Of a stretch of DNA of 64,000 nucleotides, positions 1-8,335 are shown piece after piece. The notes below the pieces were generated by a model that made no database searches, was not told where the DNA came from, and was given only the letters and a program-made list of their open reading frames with translations. This DNA comes from a virus (taxonomy: Duplodnaviria > Caudoviricetes), in IMG/VR virus record IMGVR_UViG_3300020399_000132, positions 1 to 64,000 of that record; one strand, given 5' to 3'. The first letter of the stretch is position 1, and each line of letters starts with the position of its first letter. Position numbers and translations under genes: made by a program.

Positions 1-1
1 A

Positions 2-187
2 AAAGACGGTAATCCAAATATCTACTCCTTCAATTATAAAGAGGACAAGAATACTAAATGGAAAGGTGTAATGGCTCAAGAACTAATTGGTACTGAATTG
101 TCTGATGCAGTCATTACAGACGCAAAAGGGTTCTACATGGTAGACTACACCAGACTAGGATTTCCTATGATAGAAATTAAAGAATAA
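2..187 (+). CDS. 3' end of a tail fibre/tailspike-type protein with a peptidase S74-like intramolecular chaperone domain (partial, runs off the left edge)
   Basis: My translation of frame 2 gives KDGNPNIYSFNYKEDKNTKWKGVMAQELIG...KGFYMVDYTRLGFPMIEIKE*; IYxFxY, GxxAQE and GxxxVDY are typical of S74 chaperone domains. Confidence 0.65.
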   Translation, partial: KDGNPNIYSFNYKEDKNTKWKGVMAQELIGTELSDAVITDAKGFYMVDYTRLGFPMIEIKE

Positions 188-1111
188 TTATTCTTCGTCA
201 GCTAATTTTGCGAAATAAGAAAGACTACTATCTTCGCCTTCCTTAGACATTCCTTCATTACCACTTTGAGCACTTGCGGTTGGCTGCGGAGCAGGCCTAT
301 GAGGAACACCACCATCAAAAGGTGCTGTATTAACAGGACCAATTACAGTTTCTTCTGCTCTTTGCATACTAGGATCTATCCCACTACCAAGAACCTTATT
401 AAGTCTAGCTTTAAGATCTTCATAAGATTTAAAATTATCTGGCTTGAGGAAGTCTAGAAGAGGATATTGTTGTTTCCATGTGGTTTCAAGTTTTTCATCA
501 TCTTCAAATAATGGTGTAGGAGAAGCAAATTCAGCTTTATCGTAATTAGTAAAACCTTCTACCTTACGAATTTTTAATTTAAAATTTGCACCTTGCCAAA
601 AATCAAATGGATTAACAGAAGTTTCATCTTCGAATTGAGGATTCATTTGATCATTAATCTTATCAAATATTTTCTTTCCGAATTTAAACAAAAACGTTTT
701 GCCCTCATTCTCAGGACGTTTTGAATCTTCTATAACCATAATATTTGTATAATAAGTCAAGCGCCTTTTTTGTTTGCGAACAATATCTCTATTAGCTTCG
801 AGACCGGTATCCCAAAGTTTAGAATTATATTCAGAAACTGGATCTTTACTACCATTAGTAGTAAGACTATTTTCAATATACCATCCACCAGGTCCTTGAA
901 AACCATGATTAAAAACGCGTACCCATGGAATATCTTCTCCTTCAACAGGAGGAAGAAATCTAATAACAGCATAACCGTTACCAGCTTTATCTAGATCTGC
1001 TTTCCAGAATCTATCATCTACTCCAATTTGGGGACTGTTAATTTTATTAAGCTCTTCGGAGAGGCGGCTTAATGAGGAACCTCTTTTCTTTTTCATATCT
1101 GCAAACGACAT
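188..1111 (-). CDS. 32: T4 gp32-like single-stranded DNA-binding protein
   Basis: DDRFWK, GNGYAVIRFLP, HGFQGPGGWYIENS, FGKKIFDKI, NPFDFWQGANFKLKIRKVEG motifs; acidic YFAKLADEE tail; AAGGAG RBS. Confidence 0.97.
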   Translation of the reverse strand: MSFADMKKKRGSSLSRLSEELNKINSPQIGVDDRFWKADLDKAGNGYAVIRFLPPVEGEDIPWVRVFNHGFQGPGGWYIENSLTTNGSKDPVSEYNSKLWDTGLEANRDIVRKQKRRLTYYTNIMVIEDSKRPENEGKTFLFKFGKKIFDKINDQMNPQFEDETSVNPFDFWQGANFKLKIRKVEGFTNYDKAEFASPTPLFEDDEKLETTWKQQYPLLDFLKPDNFKSYEDLKARLNKVLGSGIDPSMQRAEETVIGPVNTAPFDGGVPHRPAPQPTASAQSGNEGMSKEGEDSSLSYFAKLADEE

Positions 1112-1177
1112 ATTTCTCCTTGTATCTGCTTTGTTTCGATTTTTTCGTTATATCCACGCTGTCATAATATAACTATT

Positions 1178-1206
1178 ATTATAACCTAAATCTTATTGAA
1201 TTTCAA
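1178..1206 (-). promoter_or_regulatory. sigma70-type promoter upstream of gene 32
   Basis: TTGAAA-17 nt-TATAAT on the minus strand. Confidence 0.65.
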
Positions 1207-1789
1207 GTACTTTTTTCAAAGTATCTTTACTACTATTAAGATTATGGTTAAAGAAAGGTTTATATTTCATACACATTTTGAAGTAGTCCGGCCACACTAT
1301 TGTGTCCTGCAACTCTTCATTAAATCTTGGCATAAAATTCAAGATATCATCCAATATAATAAATGTTTCAATATTTATTTTTTTCGCTAAAACATAACGA
1401 AATATTGGAGGATGTTGACCGTCAACTATTTCAAATAAACTGTTGAAATTATTAGGGTCGTCATCCATGATACTTGTACAATCGGAACGGAAGTTGTATT
1501 GTAAACTCTCAATACGTTTTTTCCATTCTCGATAAGTTGATACACACCTTTCACCAAATGCATCACCTATCCACATATTTATATTACTTGAAAAATTAGA
1601 TACTAAAAAATCTACTAATTCTTCACTATTATATTCTCGAGATAATTTTTTAAAAAAAAATTTCTCTTTTCGTTTATTAAAAGATGATAAAGACACGTTA
1701 CACTTTCCATTGTATTTGATATAATCATAATCAGAAGTAAAGTGTAATTTTAAAGCCGTGTAAGTACTATAACATTCAAATTCATTCAT
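1193..1789 (-). CDS. 59: T4 gp59-like helicase loader
   Basis: YxALKLHF..YDY.KYNGK N-terminus, IETFIILD; adjacent to gene 32 as in T4. Confidence 0.92.
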   Translation of the reverse strand: MNEFECYSTYTALKLHFTSDYDYIKYNGKCNVSLSSFNKRKEKFFFKKLSREYNSEELVDFLVSNFSSNINMWIGDAFGERCVSTYREWKKRIESLQYNFRSDCTSIMDDDPNNFNSLFEIVDGQHPPIFRYVLAKKINIETFIILDDILNFMPRFNEELQDTIVWPDYFKMCMKYKPFFNHNLNSSKDTLKKVLEIQ

Positions 1790-1971
1790 AATATAATTGC
1801 AATATAAAGTAAGATTACATTGGTTATAGCTAATTCAATCACGAGAAGAGTGTGATACCAAACCCATCTGGATTCATATGTTTTATCTCTTTCTAATTCT
1901 ACTTTTGTTTTACCATCTTGTAACTTAGGTAACCAAATTTTTTCCCAACTTTTTTTAATGCTTTGGAACAT
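1786..1971 (-). CDS. small hypothetical protein with C-terminal hydrophobic helix
   Basis: 61-aa ORF with stop overlapping the gp59 start (ATGA); hydrophobic C-terminus. Confidence 0.6.
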   Translation of the reverse strand: MFQSIKKSWEKIWLPKLQDGKTKVELERDKTYESRWVWYHTLLVIELAITNVILLYIAIIL

Positions 1972-1981
1972 TTGTTGTCTC

Positions 1982-2230
1982 TCATATTGGTAATTTAGAA
2001 GTTGTTTGAATAAAATTCAAATCTTCCGCTTCCTTTCTCAGCGATCTTTTAAGATCTGTTGAAATTAGAGAAGCAGCTGTTTCATACTCTAACATATGTA
2101 ATTCACAATAATGTAATATAGCATCCATTATAGGCATCTTATCTGCTAACTTTATAACATCTATATTAAATTTTTCAGGTGATAACATCTTAATCATATT
2201 TTTCTTATCAATATCAATTTTTTTCGCCAT
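1982..2230 (-). CDS. 33: T4 gp33-like late transcription coactivator
   Basis: MDAILHYCE..LEYETAASLIS..LKRSLRKEAEDLNF...KLPI; 33-59-32 synteny; start taken at MAKK (2230). Confidence 0.88.
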   Translation of the reverse strand: MAKKIDIDKKNMIKMLSPEKFNIDVIKLADKMPIMDAILHYCELHMLEYETAASLISTDLKRSLRKEAEDLNFIQTTSKLPI

Positions 2231-2684
2231 AATCCCCATCATATTTGTGAAGTGTTTCTGCCTTAGCTATAACTAAATGAGCAAACCGAGTATTTGGTTT
2301 TACAGTAGTTTCACCACCAATATTATACAAAGTCGCACCTGCATAATCTTTAAATCCTGAATCATATATTGAACTAATAATTAAAACTCCATTCCTATTA
2401 AAAGTACTCCTGCCGAGAAGAATTGCAATTTCACCTTCTGCTATATTTACATGTTGTTTAGACTGAATTTCATAACAAGCACCCTGATCTAAAACAAAGT
2501 TACCATTTTCATCGACTTTTTGTTCTATTGATTTTCTATGTTCTTTTTTATCTTCATCCATATGCATTGGTCCTCGACCAATTTTAAAAACCTTATCGAC
2601 TCGTAAATCAACAGTATTTGGTTGAATCATTGTTTCATCGATATTTGTAACCTCAGTAGAGGCATTCACGGGATGTATAAACAT
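2214..2684 (-). CDS. dUTPase/dCTP deaminase family protein
   Basis: QPNTVDLR, GRSTFNRNG, YDSGF motifs; terminal YDGDY. Confidence 0.8.
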   Translation of the reverse strand: MFIHPVNASTEVTNIDETMIQPNTVDLRVDKVFKIGRGPMHMDEDKKEHRKSIEQKVDENGNFVLDQGACYEIQSKQHVNIAEGEIAILLGRSTFNRNGVLIISSIYDSGFKDYAGATLYNIGGETTVKPNTRFAHLVIAKAETLHKYDGDYGEKN

Positions 2685-3295
2685 TATTCTCCAAAATGAT
2701 AGGGATTTTCTTTTGTTTCAAATTTCCACTTTTCTTCTAAAACATCAGTTCCATAATCTAACTTCCACATTATATTTGGTACTGCTGGTGTTGATCCTTC
2801 AAACTTAGTTGAAGAAAAAGAAGCACCGTCTTTAAACAAAGGACTGATTTCGTTACGAAAAACATATATTTGATTTTCATGATATAACATGCAAGCAAAA
2901 GTTCCATCTACTTCATTTAGATCTTCATTTAATGCTTGATCAAATAACCATTCCGTATCCCAATCACCTTCAAATTTTCCTTCTTTAATAATACCATTAT
3001 GCCACAAATATGATTTGTCTTTTTCAGCAGGATGAATAAATCTACCTGTTGCTAAATCAGTATTATTAACTTCTTTTGATGTTGGTGCTTGTTGATGCAC
3101 TACACAATAATCCCAATTTCCATCTAATAAATCTAAATCTAAAGGCCCGTAAGATTTTGTTTGAGATTTAAGGTCTAGACCATCATCGGTATACAAAAAC
3201 TGAGAAACCGAATGTGATTCTTCCCCGCGGTATCTATTTAGGTCAACTAATTTGAGTAAAAGCTTTTTATCTTTACTTGCTGAAATACTACACAT
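2684..3295 (-). CDS. class II (Ntn) glutamine amidotransferase-like protein; the GAT half of a Gat-QueC-like pair
   Basis: N-terminal MC nucleophile, NxYRG, HQQAPT, HP, LWHNGII, WDTE, DGTFAC, RNEISPL; coupled to queC. Confidence 0.8.
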   Translation of the reverse strand: MCSISASKDKKLLLKLVDLNRYRGEESHSVSQFLYTDDGLDLKSQTKSYGPLDLDLLDGNWDYCVVHQQAPTSKEVNNTDLATGRFIHPAEKDKSYLWHNGIIKEGKFEGDWDTEWLFDQALNEDLNEVDGTFACMLYHENQIYVFRNEISPLFKDGASFSSTKFEGSTPAVPNIMWKLDYGTDVLEEKWKFETKENPYHFGE

Positions 3296-4031
3296 GCCAG
3301 TCTATCTCTTTTTGATATGGAATTGGATCCGGATCACCAATATTCATAAATGCCTTAATACGTTCACTACATGAAGGACATACTCCACAACTTTTTCCTT
3401 CTACATCCGGATCATAACAAGTTAAAGTATGTTGTAATAAATTGTATGTTCTCAATTCTTTACAAATTTTAAGTTCTTCTGTTTTGCTCAATAAAGAAAA
3501 CGGTGCAATAATTTTTGTTTTAAATGTTCTATTTAAAACTGTGATCTCATTAAGTGCATCAACAAAAGCTTGACTAGTATCCCAATAACCATATTCATCA
3601 TGAACTTGAAGACCACAAAAAATATATTCCGCCTTTACCACTTCTGCAAAAGCACAAGCATTACTCAATAACATCATATTTCTAAATGGAACATATGTTA
3701 CGGGTTGAGGATCTCCTAATACTTCTTTAATGTCAGGCATATCAATATCAGTACCAGATATATTTGCACTAATAGGTTGAACTAATTCTCCAAAATAACC
3801 AATATCTAATTGTTTATGTGCCACCCCTAATTCTCGACATAAGTCTTTTGCTTTTCCGCATTCAGCTACTTGTTTTTGTCCGTAATTAAATGTTAAAGCA
3901 AATACTTTTTCTGGTCCATAATGCCGGGCCAACATCATTGTAACAATAGAACTATCCATGCCGCCTGATAATATAACAGCGACATTATTTTTAATCTCTG
4001 GAAGTTTATTTCTGGCTTCTTGTAAATTCAT
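3288..4031 (-). CDS. queC: 7-cyano-7-deazaguanine synthase QueC
   Basis: LSGGMDS PP-loop, FNYGQK, TYVPFRN, TLTCY...CGVCPSCSER zinc site; ATG start at 4031. Confidence 0.93.
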   Translation of the reverse strand: MNLQEARNKLPEIKNNVAVILSGGMDSSIVTMMLARHYGPEKVFALTFNYGQKQVAECGKAKDLCRELGVAHKQLDIGYFGELVQPISANISGTDIDMPDIKEVLGDPQPVTYVPFRNMMLLSNACAFAEVVKAEYIFCGLQVHDEYGYWDTSQAFVDALNEITVLNRTFKTKIIAPFSLLSKTEELKICKELRTYNLLQHTLTCYDPDVEGKSCGVCPSCSERIKAFMNIGDPDPIPYQKEIDWHV

Positions 4032-4032
4032 A

Positions 4033-4263
4033 TTAACCTTCTTCAACAGTCTTGATTAATCTTTCAAGATACCATTTTGATTTTTTTAAATCTTCTAATT
4101 GTTTTTCTTTATTTTCATAACCCTTTTCCGTTTTCTTACCAGCTCGTAATACATACTTAACAATATTACCACGATGAAAATTTAAATCAAACGCTTCTAT
4201 AACATCAATTGCTTCTAAGTTAGTATTACTTTGATAATGTTCGGGGTCTATTTTATTAGCCAT
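4033..4263 (-). CDS. DUF3310-like phage protein
   Basis: PEHY, EAIDVIE, GNIVKYVLRAGKK, EDLKKSKWYLERLI; start taken at MANK. Confidence 0.8.
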   Translation of the reverse strand: MANKIDPEHYQSNTNLEAIDVIEAFDLNFHRGNIVKYVLRAGKKTEKGYENKEKQLEDLKKSKWYLERLIKTVEEG

Positions 4264-5128
4264 GCGTTCCTGAATATGTAAAATATTTGTAATAATCCAA
4301 ATCCTTTGGATATTTTCTCTCGGGAAATTTACCTGTAACAATTTGTCTGAAGGTATCAACATTATAATATAAAAGATCTAAATTAATATCTTCTTCTTTC
4401 ATATTATAAACAGAATCAAATGTTGATTTCGGTTTTTGTGTCAATCCATGAATACCTGCATAAGGGGTACCATCTAATGCTGACATCACCGGATTAGAAG
4501 TATCTATACTATGAATCCAGTCATAGTCTCTATAATGCGCAAACTCTCTTGCTTGCCAAGTCCCCAATAAATGATGTCTGTATTCTTTCCTGATACATTC
4601 TCTATCCATTTTCTCAAGTAATTTAATTCTTTCATTTGCTTGAAGAGTCGGGTCTTTATCCTGCCAAGAATAAACAAAAGGAATACCAATTATTGGCCAG
4701 AGCTGACCACCTCCAGCTTTTCCTTCACCATATTCAATAAATGCATTATAACATTCAATCATTTCATCTGGTGTAGAACCTTGAATGACCGGCATAGCAT
4801 GAGTAGAAGTAATGGGATAATCATTAGCAAATTCAAGAGACCTTTCCAATGTTCTTTTTTTGTCTCCAAGGACATCTGGCAAAACAACATAGTTTGGTTC
4901 TAATCTTTCATACCAATCATAAAGAATATCATTATCTAATGATTCTCCTAATTCAAAACAACTATTATCAAGATAAGTAAATTCTCCACAACCTGCGAAT
5001 TCACAAACCATCTCTGCATAATTTTTATCTTCTAGAATTTTGTGAAGCAATACAAATTGATAATCGCTAATAAAATCTTGATGTTCATCAATTAAACATC
5101 TGGGAATTTCATGTGAAATATATGTCAT
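4256..5128 (-). CDS. TGT-fold guanine transglycosylase-like protein (DpdA candidate)
   Basis: LDNSCFELG, VLPD, PVIQG, HHLLG and SIDTS align in order with TGT barrel motifs; lies between folE and queC. Confidence 0.7.
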   Translation of the reverse strand: MTYISHEIPRCLIDEHQDFISDYQFVLLHKILEDKNYAEMVCEFAGCGEFTYLDNSCFELGESLDNDILYDWYERLEPNYVVLPDVLGDKKRTLERSLEFANDYPITSTHAMPVIQGSTPDEMIECYNAFIEYGEGKAGGGQLWPIIGIPFVYSWQDKDPTLQANERIKLLEKMDRECIRKEYRHHLLGTWQAREFAHYRDYDWIHSIDTSNPVMSALDGTPYAGIHGLTQKPKSTFDSVYNMKEEDINLDLLYYNVDTFRQIVTGKFPERKYPKDLDYYKYFTYSGTHG

Positions 5129-5129
5129 G

Positions 5130-5807
5130 TTAACTCATTAAAGATCTACATCCAGCTAAAAATTCTCTACGACATTCACCGTCTTCGAATTGCCCTGATG
5201 CTGAAAATGTAGCTGTTGAAGATCGAAGATCTTGTATGCCACGGGATTTGACACAAAAATGTAAACCATCAATTTGAACGGCAACATCTTCTGTTTCGGC
5301 AACAAGCGCAATCGTCGCGCGTATTTGTTCTGTTAGTCTTTCTTGAACTTGTGGTCTTTTAGAAAAGAATTGAACTATTCGATTTAATTTTGAAAGCCCC
5401 AAAACTACATCATTAGGAATATATGCTACAGACGCTACTCCATCAATAACAATAAAATGATGTTCACAATATGATTGAACATTAATATTTCTTTCAAGAA
5501 CAAAAGAACCCCTATAATTCATTGAATTTTTAATTTTTGTACATTTTGGAAATCTGTCATAATCCATACCCCAAAAAACCTCATTAACATACATCTGAGC
5601 AACTCTTTTTGGTGTATCACATAATGAATCATCTTCAAGATCTAATCCTAGATCATCCATAATTTTTTCAAAATGTCCTTCAATATTTTTAATAGATTTT
5701 TCAGAATTAAAATTTCCTCGCTTCATTGGAGTTTCTAATCCTAAAGAAATTAAATGCTCATTCACTTTTCGACCCAACTCTGGATCGCATTTTCTACGTA
5801 CTTCCAT
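5130..5807 (-). CDS. folE: GTP cyclohydrolase I
   Basis: DTPKRVA, SYCEHHF, GLSKLNRIV, RPQVQERLT, HFCVKSRG. Confidence 0.96.
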   Translation of the reverse strand: MEVRRKCDPELGRKVNEHLISLGLETPMKRGNFNSEKSIKNIEGHFEKIMDDLGLDLEDDSLCDTPKRVAQMYVNEVFWGMDYDRFPKCTKIKNSMNYRGSFVLERNINVQSYCEHHFIVIDGVASVAYIPNDVVLGLSKLNRIVQFFSKRPQVQERLTEQIRATIALVAETEDVAVQIDGLHFCVKSRGIQDLRSSTATFSASGQFEDGECRREFLAGCRSLMS

Positions 5808-5834
5808 TTTCTCCTTATTTTAATTTATTGTTAT

Positions 5835-5863
5835 ATTATATAATATTATAAGTACAATGTCAA
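5835..5863 (-). promoter_or_regulatory. perfect sigma70 consensus promoter driving folE and the downstream deazaguanine genes
   Basis: TTGACA-17 nt-TATAAT; AAGGAG RBS before folE. Confidence 0.85.
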
Positions 5864-5918
5864 GAACTTTTTAACAATTGTTTATTATATGGGGGGTATT
5901 ATGATAGGAATGTTTTTA

Positions 5919-6122
5919 TTATTTTTTGCACTCGTCGAATGATATAATGTTACCGCGGGCATCAAGTTTAATTTTTTTAATACCAAATCGGGTTTCCATA
6001 CTTTTCTTTTTTCGATCATCAGAAGCTATATGATCAAGGTCTTTCCAATAGTTATTCATCTGTGTGACTTTTTGTTTTGAAGTCATTAAACGTTCTAAAA
6101 AATTTTTAAAAGTTTTCATCAA
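5919..6122 (-). CDS. small basic hypothetical protein
   Basis: 67-aa ORF with MKTFKNFLE N-terminus, typical of T4-like head-associated small proteins. Confidence 0.6.
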   Translation of the reverse strand: MMKTFKNFLERLMTSKQKVTQMNNYWKDLDHIASDDRKKKSMETRFGIKKIKLDARGNIISFDECKK

Positions 6123-6631
6123 TCGTGCTCCAAAAATTTAACTCCATCTCGTTCTTCTAGAAGTTTTCTATTTTTCATATGTTCTGCTTCAATTTCCTCT
6201 TTACTTCCACCAAAATAGCCAACAGCATAACCATGTTCACACATCCATTTGTTTACATTGGTCCAGCCCGAAAACTCGTGGCCATCTTCGGTACAATTAA
6301 TCCAGAGTTCTCCGAGAATTCTTCCGAATTTACCTCTACTGTCTTTCTCTGGACATCTAACTTGAACTTCGATATCATCCCTGTCCGACACAATTGCCCA
6401 ATGTAACCACGACTTGAGGGCGGTCGAGGAGAGTTTTCCGTAAAACTTTTCTGCCAAATCACGAGTTCTTGATTCTGGTGTATCGATTCCCAACAAACGG
6501 ATTCGTCCACAATACCTAACATCGAACCCCAAATCAATAACTGCATCAACAGTATCTCCATCTACAACCCTCTCTATTGCCGTTATGTGGTAAATAAACT
6601 CACATGGATTATCGTTTTTATATTCAGCCAT
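6119..6631 (-). CDS. staphylococcal nuclease (thermonuclease) family protein
   Basis: VVDGDTVD, RIRLLGIDTPE, GKFGRILG. Confidence 0.9.
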   Translation of the reverse strand: MAEYKNDNPCEFIYHITAIERVVDGDTVDAVIDLGFDVRYCGRIRLLGIDTPESRTRDLAEKFYGKLSSTALKSWLHWAIVSDRDDIEVQVRCPEKDSRGKFGRILGELWINCTEDGHEFSGWTNVNKWMCEHGYAVGYFGGSKEEIEAEHMKNRKLLEERDGVKFLEHD

Positions 6632-6649
6632 TATCTTCCTTTTTCAAAT

Positions 6650-7002
6650 TTTGTAGCTGACCGTGCTTCTGTTCCCAAGTGACGGCCACAACTCGGCTAT
6701 ATTCTACGCAGCGATTGCGTAAGAGTATGCAGTATAATCGTCATTGTTTGCGATTAGTTTGATGGACCGTTACGGTGGTACCTCTGCCGGATATCTCTTT
6801 ATCTTACTTCACAATCAATCGAAATCTATTTCAGCCCCATCAACGAAAGTCATATCCAATAAAAAGTGTGGCATAAGTAATACCTAATGCGAGCAATATA
6901 ATTATTGCGAGCCACATTAATTTCTTTTCCATAACTTCCTTTGGTGGAGCTGATCGGAATCGCACCGATGTCTTAACTGTTATCTAGATATGTCAACGAT
7001 AT
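6650..7002 (-). ncRNA. ssrA: circularly permuted (two-piece) tmRNA: acceptor piece ~7002-6942, coding piece 6838-~6650
   Basis: Acceptor piece ends GACATCGGTGCGATTCCGATCAGCTCCACCA (T-arm, A discriminator, CCA). The downstream piece starts GGGGCTGAAATAGATTTCGA, forming the GGGGCUG/CAGCUCC stem with G3-U70. Tag frame 6751-6704 reads ANNDDYTAYSYAIAA*, followed by pseudoknot-forming pairings CCGAGT/ACTTGG and TGGCCGT/ACGGTCA. Outer ends are approximate. Confidence 0.9.
6840..6932 (-). CDS. 30-aa single-pass membrane peptide encoded inside the tmRNA intervening segment
   Basis: AAGGAAG RBS directly after CCA; MEKKLMWLAIIILLALGITYATLFIGYDFR*; stop lies 1 nt before GGGG of the coding piece. Confidence 0.65.
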   Translation of the reverse strand: MEKKLMWLAIIILLALGITYATLFIGYDFR

Positions 7003-7652
7003 CATCTATATTTATTAACCCATGGAACTCTCATAGAAATATCTTTTTTTTCAGATATTCCAGTTGATTGACCCTTATTAAAAAGAACTATGGGATAATC
7101 CAATTCTTCGTAATTAGAAAAATGTGCTGAATAATAAAATTGATCTGGTATACGAATAGGGTCTAATTTTTTCATCCAAAGATATGTATCAAAGCCGCCA
7201 TATTTTTCAATATCTTCAAATTCAAATTCTTCCCAAATTTTTAAACTTGTATTTGGTTTCCATCCTAATATTGAAGAATTATACGGAGTACATAATATAT
7301 TTCTATTTCTTTGATCTTCGAAATTATCCATATGTTCCCTCCAACGGGCCCACGGAGCACATAGATAATCTTGTTTTTCTACCCAATCAAATAAACTATC
7401 TATATTACCTTTTATTACAACATCTAAATCAAATGCTAAAACAACATCTTCTGTAAACTGTTCTATTATTGGTGAATGATATAAAACTTTGGTCCACCAT
7501 TTAGGAAGAATTGGTTCATCAAATACACGAAAATTTATATTATAAGTAGTATTTTTAAATACCATTTTTTCTAAACGTTGTATATCTTTAATAGTATATT
7601 TGTCTCCTACACATATACATGCAACGGCTCTTCGTATGCAATTTATTGCCAT
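7002..7652 (-). CDS. GT-A fold glycosyltransferase-like protein
   Basis: CVGDKY, KWWTKV, FDLDVVI (DxD), YNSSILGW, GGFD. Confidence 0.7.
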   Translation of the reverse strand: MAINCIRRAVACICVGDKYTIKDIQRLEKMVFKNTTYNINFRVFDEPILPKWWTKVLYHSPIIEQFTEDVVLAFDLDVVIKGNIDSLFDWVEKQDYLCAPWARWREHMDNFEDQRNRNILCTPYNSSILGWKPNTSLKIWEEFEFEDIEKYGGFDTYLWMKKLDPIRIPDQFYYSAHFSNYEELDYPIVLFNKGQSTGISEKKDISMRVPWVNKYR

Positions 7653-8335
7653 TGACCTATAACCATAAATCGTTTATAATTACCAAAATCTTTTTCACCT
7701 TTATACCATATATTTTTTATTTGATTTTTTTCAGTTAGCTCTTCAACATCCTTTACACAATTTATATGATCCGGCAAATCAATATAATCATTAGATTGTA
7801 AACAAACAAAAGGATTTCCCTTAAAAGAAAATTGATTTGTAAAATCTTGCATGTGCTCACAAGATGTACAAATAATTAAATGTCTTCTTCTGAGTTCTTT
7901 TCTTTCAAAATAATCATCATGTTGAATTACTTTATATTTTGGATTAAATATATTTTTATATTGAGCCATTACTTTTTGACATGCTTCATCTGGATCATAT
8001 AAATCAATTTGTGTTATTCTTCCTTTGGTGAAACTGTCAACTAATTCTATCAGGGGCCAACCGAACCAAGAACCTACAATTTCTATTAAAAGGGGATAAT
8101 CCCAATCCGGATGACCATGAGGAAATCTAATACTTTCAGAAGAATCTTTTGTATATTTTTTAATATTATCAGGAGAAGTTATTTTTAAATCATTTAAAAT
8201 ATCACACATCCATTTTTTGGATTCATATTGATCATCAGATATAGAATCATCAAAACTTTTTTCATATTCAGAATAATTATTTTTTATAAATCTTTGAACT
8301 TTATAATATGGAGAATTTCTAAAACTTTCTACCAT
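7643..8335 (-). CDS. putative class I SAM-dependent methyltransferase-like protein
   Basis: QYESKKWM, IVGSWFG, IDLYDPD, ICTSCEHM, LQSN, KRFMVIG; paralog of the next gene. Confidence 0.55.
   Translation of the reverse strand: MVESFRNSPYYKVQRFIKNNYSEYEKSFDDSISDDQYESKKWMCDILNDLKITSPDNIKKYTKDSSESIRFPHGHPDWDYPLLIEIVGSWFGWPLIELVDSFTKGRITQIDLYDPDEACQKVMAQYKNIFNPKYKVIQHDDYFERKELRRRHLIICTSCEHMQDFTNQFSFKGNPFVCLQSNDYIDLPDHINCVKDVEELTEKNQIKNIWYKGEKDFGNYKRFMVIGQWQ

Noticed and set aside
1148-1165. Tiny uORF (MTAWI*) and A-rich leader before gene 32
   Set aside because: Could relate to gp32 autoregulation, but too short to support without comparative data
6942-6972. tRNA-like 3' end read as a stand-alone tRNA or an integration (att) remnant
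   Set aside because: No anticodon arm or matching 5' acceptor strand upstream; its pairing partner lies downstream with a tag frame, and no integrase is nearby, so a permuted tmRNA explains it better
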